A stretch of 64,000 nucleotides of DNA. Source: a virus (Duplodnaviria; Caudoviricetes). Where the stretch lies: IMG/VR virus record IMGVR_UViG_3300032329_000245, positions 1,091-65,090 of that record; one strand, given 5' to 3'. A program made the position numbers and the translations under genes. Position 1 is the stretch's first letter. Each line of letters opens with the position of its first letter. Positions 1 to 8,475 of the stretch are shown piece after piece. The notes beneath the pieces were generated by a model. That model ran no database searches and had not been told where the DNA came from. It saw only the letters and a list, made by a program, of their open reading frames with translations.

Positions 1-1044
1 TTAGGTGCATACTTACAAGCGCAAAACGTAATGTATAAGACTATAAGTGGTAAGGGTATATCTCCTAGCGAGAAGTCGGCTGCGCAAAAAACTTTATTAG
101 CTACTACGGCTAAAGTTATGGCATTGATGTTTGTATATACTGCTATTGCTAGTGATGACGATGACTATCAAAATATGGACCCAGCGATTCGTGATAGGCA
201 TTTGATGATTCCGGGTACTGGGTTTATGTTGCCACTGCGTAGTGATTTAAGCTTATTACCTAAACTTGTTGCGGAATATAGTTATCTAAGTATGACCGAC
301 AATGGATTTACTGATGGTAAAAAAGTTCGCCGTGCTATGAGCGATGCAGTTGTTAATGCTATTTCTAGTCCAACCCTAGTACCTCAAGCAGTTAAGCCGT
401 TACTAGAAACTATGGTTAACTATGACTTCTTTAGTGGCAGACCAATTATTGGTACAGGTATGGAAAACTTACCCACAGCACAACAGTATTCTGCTAATAC
501 ATCTGAGTTTGCTAAGTTTTTAGGTTCTTCAGGATTTATGTCCCCTATGAATGTAGATCATTTAATTAAAGGTATGCTTGGTACTACTGGGGGGTTTGGG
601 ATAATGTTGACTAATGCGGTGGCTCATGCAGGTAGTAATGTACCTGCGCCTGAAAAGTCATTTCAAGATGCAGTCGCATCTATACCCGGTGCTAGTGCTT
701 TTGTAATGCGTGAGAATGGTAACGCCATGAAGAATGATTATTATGAGTTACGAGATGAAGTTGATAAGACAGTTAATGGATTTAACCGTTTAGTTAAGCA
801 AGGTAAAACTGAGGAAGCTAAAGAGTTTTATGAGGAGCGTCAGGATTTATTTAAAGTTAAAACTCAGGTTAATAATATTGATAACCAACTAACTAAAATA
901 CGTGCATATCAAAATTATATTTATGAGTTACCCGAAAGCAAAATGAACAGTGAGCAAAAAGGTGCGGAACTTAAAAGGCTAAAAGAAATGGAAAACGCTA
1001 TGCTTAAGAACGTACATATGTTAAGGCAAACCGCAGGATATTAA
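1..1044 (+). CDS. 3' end of a large virion/polyvalent protein (LPD38-like C-terminus), 5'-truncated by the window edge
   Basis: Frame is open from base 1. The sequence pattern (LLPKLVAEY..., PQAVKPLLETMVNYDFFSGRPII, SPMNVDHLIKGMLGT) resembles, from memory, the C-terminal domain of giant phage polyvalent proteins. Probably the tail of the ORF starting at 60528. Confidence 0.6.
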   Translation, partial: LGAYLQAQNVMYKTISGKGISPSEKSAAQKTLLATTAKVMALMFVYTAIASDDDDYQNMDPAIRDRHLMIPGTGFMLPLRSDLSLLPKLVAEYSYLSMTDNGFTDGKKVRRAMSDAVVNAISSPTLVPQAVKPLLETMVNYDFFSGRPIIGTGMENLPTAQQYSANTSEFAKFLGSSGFMSPMNVDHLIKGMLGTTGGFGIMLTNAVAHAGSNVPAPEKSFQDAVASIPGASAFVMRENGNAMKNDYYELRDEVDKTVNGFNRLVKQGKTEEAKEFYEERQDLFKVKTQVNNIDNQLTKIRAYQNYIYELPESKMNSEQKGAELKRLKEMENAMLKNVHMLRQTAGY

Positions 1045-1069
1045 AAAAGACCCCGCACTCAGGCGGGGT
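1043..1069 (-). terminator. Intrinsic terminator between converging arms
   Basis: Stem ACCCCGC/GCGGGGT (1050-1069) with an A6 tract at 1043-1048 (U-tract on the minus strand). Confidence 0.75.
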
Positions 1070-1107
1070 TAAGTCCTTATAGATAAGGAGAAGAGGTTTA
1101 CAGTATA

Positions 1108-1308
1108 TCACTTAACCCTCCAAACTCGCAAACCGAATACTCCTTTTTCTACAACATACTTACAAACTATTGTATATCCCCAGCGTTTTGCTTCCGTAGT
1201 TAGCGTTTTTGTATGTCTTCTATGATCAAAGCAGGGTATGAATACAGACATACCCGGTTCAAATTTAGCCCACGGAATCAGAAAGATTTGGTTCAGTATT
1301 TGGAGCAT
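1108..1308 (-). CDS. Small hypothetical phage protein
   Basis: 66-aa ORF overlapping the primase stop, last gene before the terminator. Confidence 0.55.
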   Translation of the reverse strand: MLQILNQIFLIPWAKFEPGMSVFIPCFDHRRHTKTLTTEAKRWGYTIVCKYVVEKGVFGLRVWRVK

Positions 1309-4126
1309 TTAAGAATTTATCTTCACGGAAAAAGTCAAGCTTAGTAGAATCAAATACAAGTGCTGGTACGTTAATCTCTGCACCCATAACAGTACCTGCC
1401 GTCATACGCTTGCGTTTAGTTCCAACATACGCACCGCTTTTTATATGCATAGCCAACGACTCATCAAAGTTTAACTTGCCTTTATTACATTCAATCCTAT
1501 ATTCTTTTGCCACTACAAATAATAGTTTAGTATCAGGTTCGTAACGGATTGTTAATGCGCCTCTTGGCTCACGAATCGGACCATATTCAAGCCCTGTCCT
1601 ATTATCCTTACCGCCATTAATAATTAACATCTCATGGAACTTACGGTTAATAAACCCACCCAAGAAGTCACTACTTTCTAACATCAGTATTTTGTTTTCG
1701 GTTTTGGATGCCATAATATGTTTTGTAATATATTGCATTACCGGTTTGTGGTCGATATCATGTAGCCCAAGATTCCTAGAAATAATACCCCCTGCAAGAG
1801 CAAGCGCAGGTATAGCCGACCAATATCTTTCAGATGAAGATAGCCCTGTTATTCTATCTAATTTAGCTTGTAGATCATTTACAAACTTAACTACCTGTGG
1901 AAGATTAGCAAGTACGTATTGCAAAAAAGGTAAAGCCGCATGTCCGTAGTTATCATATAACCTACCAAAATGTGCCCTAGCTTTAATTGGGTCATCGTTA
2001 GAATCTTGATAAAAAGGCAATGCAACAATACGATTTAATTCACCATCAGGCATTGATTTAATAGAAAGTAAGTCGTCTCGTAATGATCGGTTTGTTGTAG
2101 TAATAATGCCTGTACACCAACTCGTGGAATTTACACGTTCCGTATTTGCTTGTGATGTCATACGGTTTTTAGCCCTGCCTTCTGTTATGTCATATACTAA
2201 GCTTGATTTATGTTCAGCAGGTAAGTTAGTCATCTCATCAAATAAGATTGGCAAGTGTTGCATTGCACCGATACGGTTTAGTTTTTGATTGTACGTATCT
2301 TTAGTTAACATCATTTGTTGTTTAGGTGCGCCGTATATACTTGCAATAATATGCAGGATTGTTGACTTACCTGTACCTGAACCTTGAGATTCCAAACTTA
2401 ATATGTATCCATATAACTCAGGCTTAATATATTTAAGTAGCACATTACCAAAACCCATAAAGAACGCAAAAGCTTTAGCTTCCATTGCTGGTTGGCTATA
2501 GATATTCACAACATCTTTCCAAATATGAAAATCACCTTTCTCTCTAAATACTGGGACTAATGGTAGCGTTGCTGATGTTGGAGGACTATATAAAACTTCA
2601 GTAGCCCTAATCTCTTTATCACCTAAAATAAATGAAGAGTCGTCATCAGTCCAACCAAATTGTTTTCGAGCCTTTTCTGCTTCTCCCAGTGCTTGCAATT
2701 CTTCCACCCACTTTCCTATATAGTTCATCAAAACCTCCTGTTTCTTTCCTAATACTAATACCCCATACGAGGACACTGCGCTAATAAATTTTTCTTTAGA
2801 TGCAACCGATGTTAAAGGCACAATAAATTCCCGTACACCATCTTTTGGAAGGTGTAGACGCAGTAAAATTACTTCGCCCAAGTCAGGGTCAATCATGCGT
2901 TTAACTACATAAAAGTCATAAGGATAGATTAGTATTTCTTCTTCCTCATCGGTTTCAGGGTTTTTAGACCGAACGTAGATACCGCCTACCTTGCCCCTAA
3001 AGTATGGGAATGGGTACTTTGGTATTTTAAATTGAGTTTTTTCTTTACTGCTTGTGCTTACTTCCTGAACTATATTATCTTCTTCAGTAGCCTCGACTAT
3101 CTCCTTACCTAATTGGATTGGAGATGATATATTTTGTTTGCAACCTTGACAACCTTCTGCAAACAACTTTCTAAATGTAGCGCAAGTATATGGACCTTTT
3201 GTTTGATTAGCTTTTTTCTCAGTGTCCTGTGCATTATATTGTGGGTGTTGATCGGATATCTTGTGAATCGCTTTATCCCTGTCCACACAATTATTGGCAA
3301 TACTTAACCCTCCTCTCCACAGTGGTTCATCTATAATATCTTGGTTTTGGTATATACGCAACAACTGCGCACACCCTTCTCCATTAAGGCTTTTAATAAG
3401 AATTGTTTTAAATCTAGACTGACTGTTACCCATAAGGGCTAATGTCATTGCATCCATCTCTTTAGGTACAAACGGTTTGCCTGACATCTGTTCAAAGACA
3501 TCACCACCGTCTAACTTATTTAAAACATCTTGTATAACAGAGATATCTATGGGTCCTTCATTGTTTCTTATAACAGTAACAGGCAAAGGGTTGTTAATAT
3601 CTTTATAGTTTAACGTCTCAGGAATTCTTAAAACCCTAGCCGTGTCAGCAGTTACAGAAGTATCAGCGTGTAGCTTTTCCTGTGCGCAAAGAGCCTTAAG
3701 CTTCTCAGCTAGGGGCTTCCATATAAACGAAGGTAGTGGCTCAGATAAAGCCCAATACGCATGGATACCGTTACCTGAATTAACTACAATAGGTTTTGGC
3801 ATTCCTGTATCTTTAATAAACTTTTTAAGCGCAGTTAATCCATCGGCTTTATCTGCGTATGCCTTGCCTATGCCACAATCTAAATCTATAAAGAACGATT
3901 TTAAATGGGATGAGTTGTCAGTCTTTCTTCCACCTTTTGGATTAGTAAAAGTAGATAATGCGAAATAAGAATTAAACCCTGCATGTACTAACTGATCGGA
4001 TAATTCAATTACTTTGTCTATGCTATCTACGAACTTCTGTTTGGGTGTCGTATTTTCTTTTAACCCTACTACGCAATAGTTACCCTCTGAAGGCAGTACT
4101 GCTGATAGAAATGCTTGTGTGTTCAA
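1265..4126 (-). CDS. Primase-helicase (AEP/RepB-like primase N-terminus, DUF927/Cch-like helicase C-terminus)
   Basis: FFIDLD and VNSGNGIHAYW primase motifs; Cys cluster (GCAQL...CATF...CQGC); Walker A SQGSGTGKST and Walker B LFDEM. TTG start. Confidence 0.8.
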   Translation of the reverse strand: MNTQAFLSAVLPSEGNYCVVGLKENTTPKQKFVDSIDKVIELSDQLVHAGFNSYFALSTFTNPKGGRKTDNSSHLKSFFIDLDCGIGKAYADKADGLTALKKFIKDTGMPKPIVVNSGNGIHAYWALSEPLPSFIWKPLAEKLKALCAQEKLHADTSVTADTARVLRIPETLNYKDINNPLPVTVIRNNEGPIDISVIQDVLNKLDGGDVFEQMSGKPFVPKEMDAMTLALMGNSQSRFKTILIKSLNGEGCAQLLRIYQNQDIIDEPLWRGGLSIANNCVDRDKAIHKISDQHPQYNAQDTEKKANQTKGPYTCATFRKLFAEGCQGCKQNISSPIQLGKEIVEATEEDNIVQEVSTSSKEKTQFKIPKYPFPYFRGKVGGIYVRSKNPETDEEEEILIYPYDFYVVKRMIDPDLGEVILLRLHLPKDGVREFIVPLTSVASKEKFISAVSSYGVLVLGKKQEVLMNYIGKWVEELQALGEAEKARKQFGWTDDDSSFILGDKEIRATEVLYSPPTSATLPLVPVFREKGDFHIWKDVVNIYSQPAMEAKAFAFFMGFGNVLLKYIKPELYGYILSLESQGSGTGKSTILHIIASIYGAPKQQMMLTKDTYNQKLNRIGAMQHLPILFDEMTNLPAEHKSSLVYDITEGRAKNRMTSQANTERVNSTSWCTGIITTTNRSLRDDLLSIKSMPDGELNRIVALPFYQDSNDDPIKARAHFGRLYDNYGHAALPFLQYVLANLPQVVKFVNDLQAKLDRITGLSSSERYWSAIPALALAGGIISRNLGLHDIDHKPVMQYITKHIMASKTENKILMLESSDFLGGFINRKFHEMLIINGGKDNRTGLEYGPIREPRGALTIRYEPDTKLLFVVAKEYRIECNKGKLNFDESLAMHIKSGAYVGTKRKRMTAGTVMGAEINVPALVFDSTKLDFFREDKFLNAPNTEPNLSDSVG

Positions 4127-4231
4127 AATAAGCCGCCTTTAACCGTCAGTAAAAAAGTGGGCAGGGATGTGACGGCGTACATCCTTTTCGGTAGCTAACC
4201 TAGCCCCCTTACACTACATGAACTTTAAATA

Positions 4232-5107
4232 TTACTCGTCATCCCAAGTTTCTAAGATTTTAGTTAAGTCTTTCTTAGGAGTAGGTTCTTCTTTCTTGGT
4301 AGCACGTACAACAGGCTCATCTACTTGAGCAGGTGCTTCTTCATGGGATTCCCCCTTTGGTGCTTCTAATTTAGGAGTATCTTTAACACCATCTGCCTGA
4401 GCAACAGTCATCGTAATAGCCTTAAGTGCAGTGGGGGTTTTACCCTGTGCAATAGCCTTTTTAATTTCTGCTTCTTCCAAATAGCGTACAGGCTTAAATA
4501 CAACTTTTGGTGTAGAACTTGCAGTATCAAAACGCATTTCAGTTACCACCGCAGTAATAGGTACTCCTCTACTTGCAACCATCTTAGCATACACTTGTAG
4601 AGGCCATTTTCCTGATTCACCTTCACCAAAAATAGATGTAGATGGAAGCGTTAACTGATATACCTTACCACCAATATCATTGTCTAATACAACAGCAAGA
4701 CGTTGAGAGAATCGGCAAGCACGACCTTCGCCCTGTCCTGAACCTTTAATATTCTGTGGACATGTTGCGCAAGACTTAGACTGCGGGTCTTTTGCACTTG
4801 CATCGGGTATATCACCGTTAGCTGACCAACAATCAGGTGAAGAGGTCTGACCTTTTTTGTATGTACCTGCATAGAATGTACGAGATACTTTTTCAGAAGC
4901 CGCCACAATTACTACATTAAGATGACGTTCTTCTCTTTGTGCAACTTCTTTACCATTAGACAATAAACGCCATACGCTACCGTCAATAGAAATACGATCA
5001 ACTCCACCACCACTACCACCCATCAGTGCCTTAGTAGTAGCATCTAATTCAAAACTTCTTAAGTGTGCGGGTAACGCACTATCAAACATCGTTAAATCAT
5101 TACTCAT
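4232..5107 (-). CDS. Putative single-stranded DNA-binding/annealing protein
   Basis: Located in the replication module; Cys motif PDCWS...CATCPQN...RAC; acidic aromatic C-terminus (ETWDDE). Confidence 0.5.
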   Translation of the reverse strand: MSNDLTMFDSALPAHLRSFELDATTKALMGGSGGGVDRISIDGSVWRLLSNGKEVAQREERHLNVVIVAASEKVSRTFYAGTYKKGQTSSPDCWSANGDIPDASAKDPQSKSCATCPQNIKGSGQGEGRACRFSQRLAVVLDNDIGGKVYQLTLPSTSIFGEGESGKWPLQVYAKMVASRGVPITAVVTEMRFDTASSTPKVVFKPVRYLEEAEIKKAIAQGKTPTALKAITMTVAQADGVKDTPKLEAPKGESHEEAPAQVDEPVVRATKKEEPTPKKDLTKILETWDDE

Positions 5108-5118
5108 ATCTTCTCCTA

Positions 5119-5499
5119 TTAGGATTTACGTTTAACAGTTACTGCATATGTTGCATCCGAATTTAACCCCTGCGGATGTAAGTCAGGGTTTTCAGCCAAG
5201 AACGCATCTACGTTCGCAGTGGAAATTCTTTGGTGTAAAAAATGAAAAGCATCGTGTTCCTTAATAAATGCATATAACGATTCCCAATCATTTGTCCAAT
5301 ATCTTTTGGATATTCTTTTAGTAACAGTTCCAACTGGGGTACGTAGTATATCAGTACCTGCGTCTTTACAGATTTCTAAAAGCTTCTCTTGTACAACACC
5401 TAATTGCTCTTCTAACTCAGCATCTTGCTTTGCGAGTTCGTTGCGTTTGTCTCTGATTTTAATATAAATCTTTACTAGCCTTTCTGCGGTTATATCCAT
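5119..5499 (-). CDS. Hypothetical replication-module protein (N-terminal coiled coil)
   Basis: 126-aa ORF with SD AGGAGAAG and a promoter just upstream. Confidence 0.6.
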   Translation of the reverse strand: MDITAERLVKIYIKIRDKRNELAKQDAELEEQLGVVQEKLLEICKDAGTDILRTPVGTVTKRISKRYWTNDWESLYAFIKEHDAFHFLHQRISTANVDAFLAENPDLHPQGLNSDATYAVTVKRKS

Positions 5500-5528
5500 T
5501 CTCTTCTCCTTTTTAGAAATACATATAC

Positions 5529-5557
5529 ATTTTAATACTAAACTTTAAAAATATCAA
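5529..5557 (-). promoter_or_regulatory. sigma70-type promoter
   Basis: TTGATA-17bp-TAAAAT on the minus strand, upstream of the 5499 start. Confidence 0.6.
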
Positions 5558-7104
5558 GCTTCATCCTCTAAAATGTTTTTATACAAATCAATCATCTTAG
5601 TATGGATATCAACTTTTGATTCCAACATCTTGTACATCTTCTTCTCTACTGGTGAACCTTGTAAATGCACAACAGTACATGGGTTATGTTGTCCTGCTCT
5701 ATGTACCCTAGCGTTAGCTTGCAGGTAAGTCTCGACAGATGTAATTGGGGAAAACCATACTACAATGTTCGCCGCCGTTAGTGTAACTCCATGAGCCGCC
5801 GCTTGAGGTTGTATCACAAGAACTTTAGGATTAGGCTCGGTTTGGAATCTTGCAAAGATATCTGTACGCTTACTAGCACTAACTGCACCATTAATAATCT
5901 CAGCCGTTATCCCTGCATCTTGAAGTGCTTGTGTGACTATGTGTATAGCATGACGATACGGAACAAAAACTAAAACTTTGTTTGATGCTTCTTCTATAAC
6001 TTCTTTTAAAGCATTGATACGATTGCTGGCATCAAACTCAACTACCTCTCCAGTATCCGAATAGACTGCGCCACATGACAACTGCAATAGTTTATTAAGA
6101 TTAGCCGCCGCATTTACTGTGGTTATTTCTTCACCTGCCGCAACTACTAGCATATCTCTGCGTATCAATTCGTAATATTTTTCTTGTTGTGTAGTAAGTG
6201 GTACATGTCTGCTTGTGTAAGTCATTTCAGGCAAATCTAAACATTCTTCTTTCGTAAAACGTATTGCAGGTTGAAGTGCATTGTGGACAATCTTTTCTGA
6301 CTCAGGTTTTGGAATCCATTTGAACTGTGTAATCTTAAACATAACTGTGTCTCGGAATGCCCCAAAGAATTTAGGTATGCTTGTAGGATTAACCAATTTA
6401 GCCAAGCCGTATGCATCAGTAGGTGACTGAGATGCAGGTGTTCCTGTTAACATCCATAACCATGTTTTAGGTTTAAGTATTTGCACTAGGGTTTTATATC
6501 TTCTAGTACCCACCGTCTTATATGCGTTTGCTTCGTCTATAACTATTAAGTCAAACTCATTCTCTATTATGGTATCTTTTATTATGTTAAGCCCATCGTA
6601 ATTAACAATCACAAACTCAGCACCGCTATTAACTGCTTGTATTCTTTTTTCCTTTGCGTAACTATGGGCTATTGCCGTTGTCCTGTGCATAGCAAACTTA
6701 AACAAATCATTCTGCCAAGCCGATTGCATTATAGATAATGGACAAATAACTAAGACACGTTTGATCGCACCGATAGTCATTAGATAATCACAAGCCCATA
6801 TAACCGAGCCTGTCTTTCCTGTACCCTGCTCATTAAAACAAAATGCTCTACGGTGTAAGGTTAGGAATGATGCAGTAGCCTTTTGATGTTCAAACGGTTT
6901 GTAGTATCCGGGGAATGTGTAATTTGCAAGTATGGGACTAGGTACGTTTTTAATCTTTAAGTTTTTAAGTACCTGCGCTTCTTCTAACCCCCATTTAACT
7001 AGCACCTCGCCTGAGTCTAGCATCTTGCTCTTTGGTATAACCGTTGTAATACGGTTAGGGTTTTTTACTTTTAGTAGTAGTGCTTTGTTATCTATTATTT
7101 GCAT
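5554..7104 (-). CDS. SNF2-family (superfamily 2) helicase
   Basis: Walker A EQGTGKT, DEANA, motif III LTGTP, motif VI QANARVHRAGQ. Confidence 0.88.
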   Translation of the reverse strand: MQIIDNKALLLKVKNPNRITTVIPKSKMLDSGEVLVKWGLEEAQVLKNLKIKNVPSPILANYTFPGYYKPFEHQKATASFLTLHRRAFCFNEQGTGKTGSVIWACDYLMTIGAIKRVLVICPLSIMQSAWQNDLFKFAMHRTTAIAHSYAKEKRIQAVNSGAEFVIVNYDGLNIIKDTIIENEFDLIVIDEANAYKTVGTRRYKTLVQILKPKTWLWMLTGTPASQSPTDAYGLAKLVNPTSIPKFFGAFRDTVMFKITQFKWIPKPESEKIVHNALQPAIRFTKEECLDLPEMTYTSRHVPLTTQQEKYYELIRRDMLVVAAGEEITTVNAAANLNKLLQLSCGAVYSDTGEVVEFDASNRINALKEVIEEASNKVLVFVPYRHAIHIVTQALQDAGITAEIINGAVSASKRTDIFARFQTEPNPKVLVIQPQAAAHGVTLTAANIVVWFSPITSVETYLQANARVHRAGQHNPCTVVHLQGSPVEKKMYKMLESKVDIHTKMIDLYKNILEDEA

Positions 7105-7113
7105 CTCTTCTCT

Positions 7114-7302
7114 CTATACACTTATAAGTTCTTGAAAAACTTTTTTGGCATCCAAATAGGCTTTTGTTCTTTTATTAAAACCATACGACTCATAATTTAA
7201 ACCATATACTGTCAGACAGTATCCCCACCCATCAGTAAACAATGTAATCCGTAAATCACCATCCATAAGCACCAACAACCCTTTAAACTCTTCTTTCTTC
7301 AT
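7114..7302 (-). CDS. Small hypothetical protein containing an operator palindrome
   Basis: 62-aa ORF with SD; the palindrome is read as YCLTV. Confidence 0.5.
   Translation of the reverse strand: MKKEEFKGLLVLMDGDLRITLFTDGWGYCLTVYGLNYESYGFNKRTKAYLDAKKVFQELISV
7207..7221. promoter_or_regulatory. Palindrome TACTGTC-A-GACAGTA (copy 1)
   Basis: Exact 7-1-7 inverted repeat, intragenic, ~100 bp upstream of the helicase start. Confidence 0.85.
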
Positions 7303-7323
7303 CTCTTCCCCGATGGCAAAGCC

Positions 7324-7459
7324 TTCAAAATCACTGTTTTGAATTTTTATTACACCTTACGGGTGTTATTCGGTTAGTTCCCTACGAACAAAGGATACTC
7401 GTGTGAAGGAGGAAAAACATAGTAACTAACTGACATGGTTATTATAACCCACTCATGCC
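7324..7459 (-). ncRNA. Candidate structured intergenic RNA
   Basis: Four stems in ~135 nt: TTCAAAA/TTTTGAA, ACACC/GGTGT, GTTAGTT/AACTAAC, GGCATG/CATGTC. Confidence 0.4.
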
Positions 7460-7477
7460 TTGGGGAGAAGCACTAAA

Positions 7478-7810
7478 TTACTTTTTCTTTTTTACAACTT
7501 TACGTTCTTTCTTGCTAACTTCTGAAACTAAGTTACCTTTTGAATCTCTTTTAAACGATCTGTTTTTAGCTTTACTTTGAACAGTATATCCGTCTTTATT
7601 ACTACCGCCTTTATCCAATGCTTTCTTGTGCGCTAAGTCTTTACCTTCACGACTCTCAGCAATCTTATCTTTATCTAATGGGCTATCAGGGTGTGTCTTA
7701 TCATAAGCCCTTCTTAAGCGTTGACGTTCCGCACGTCTATCATTTTCGTTACGCTTCTTTTGCATCTCGTATTCGTGAGCATATGGTCTAGGTGATTTAG
7801 TATATGGCAT
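7478..7810 (-). CDS. HNH-like basic protein (likely start ATG 7810)
   Basis: GKDLAHKKALDKGGSN...SKAKNRSF resembles a degenerate HNH core; Lys-rich. Confidence 0.5.
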   Translation of the reverse strand: MPYTKSPRPYAHEYEMQKKRNENDRRAERQRLRRAYDKTHPDSPLDKDKIAESREGKDLAHKKALDKGGSNKDGYTVQSKAKNRSFKRDSKGNLVSEVSKKERKVVKKKK

Positions 7811-7812
7811 GT

Positions 7813-8475
7813 TTATTTTCCGTTGTGATAGCAGTCTTTTACTGGACACCAACTACCGCAAGTAAAGTTTGGTTTAGGATTCCATACTTGTAATTCTATC
7901 GCTTTTTCAAGCTTTTTGGTATCCTCTAACCACCTAACCCAAGTCTTTTCATGTTCCTCACGAACGTATGCTGACTTAATAAAGTCCTTTGCAACTACAA
8001 AAAGCAAGCCAGCCTTTATCCTTTGTATTTCGGGGAAGTGTTTAAATATGGCTAGAGCAAGTAAATCTAATTGCTTTACATCCGCATACTTGGATGACTT
8101 TCCTGTCTTGTAATCAATAAGATGAGCCTTATCCCCATTAATAATCAATAAGTCAGGTATACCTCTCCACCACACATCTGCATCAAAGAACCCACATGGT
8201 TCTAGATTCTCGGTTAATCCCATTCGGTGTTCACAAAGACGTTGTCCTTCTATCTTAGAAAGTGGCTCAAGTAGCTCACGCATAAACGCAAACTTTTCAG
8301 GTATTGGTATATCCTTTAGAAAGTAATCTTCGGCGGCTTTATGTACTTCCTTACCATAACGCATGGGTTCGGACTCAGGCTCAACGATATCCTTTGCTAT
8401 TTTAAGTCTGTAATATTTGTGCGGACATTGTTTAAACATATCCAAGCTTGAGTACGACCACGCATATTTAGGCAT
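7813..8475 (-). CDS. PD-(D/E)XK (RecB/Cas4-like) exonuclease
   Basis: SYSSLDMFKQCPHKY, G..VH, GIPDLL...IDYKTGK, QL.L.AL, C-terminal C..CP..DC. Confidence 0.85.
   Translation of the reverse strand: MPKYAWSYSSLDMFKQCPHKYYRLKIAKDIVEPESEPMRYGKEVHKAAEDYFLKDIPIPEKFAFMRELLEPLSKIEGQRLCEHRMGLTENLEPCGFFDADVWWRGIPDLLIINGDKAHLIDYKTGKSSKYADVKQLDLLALAIFKHFPEIQRIKAGLLFVVAKDFIKSAYVREEHEKTWVRWLEDTKKLEKAIELQVWNPKPNFTCGSWCPVKDCYHNGK

Noticed and set aside
7813-8475. Cas4-like nuclease as evidence of a CRISPR system
   Set aside because: Solo PD-(D/E)XK exonucleases are routine in phage replication modules, and no other cas genes or array are present.
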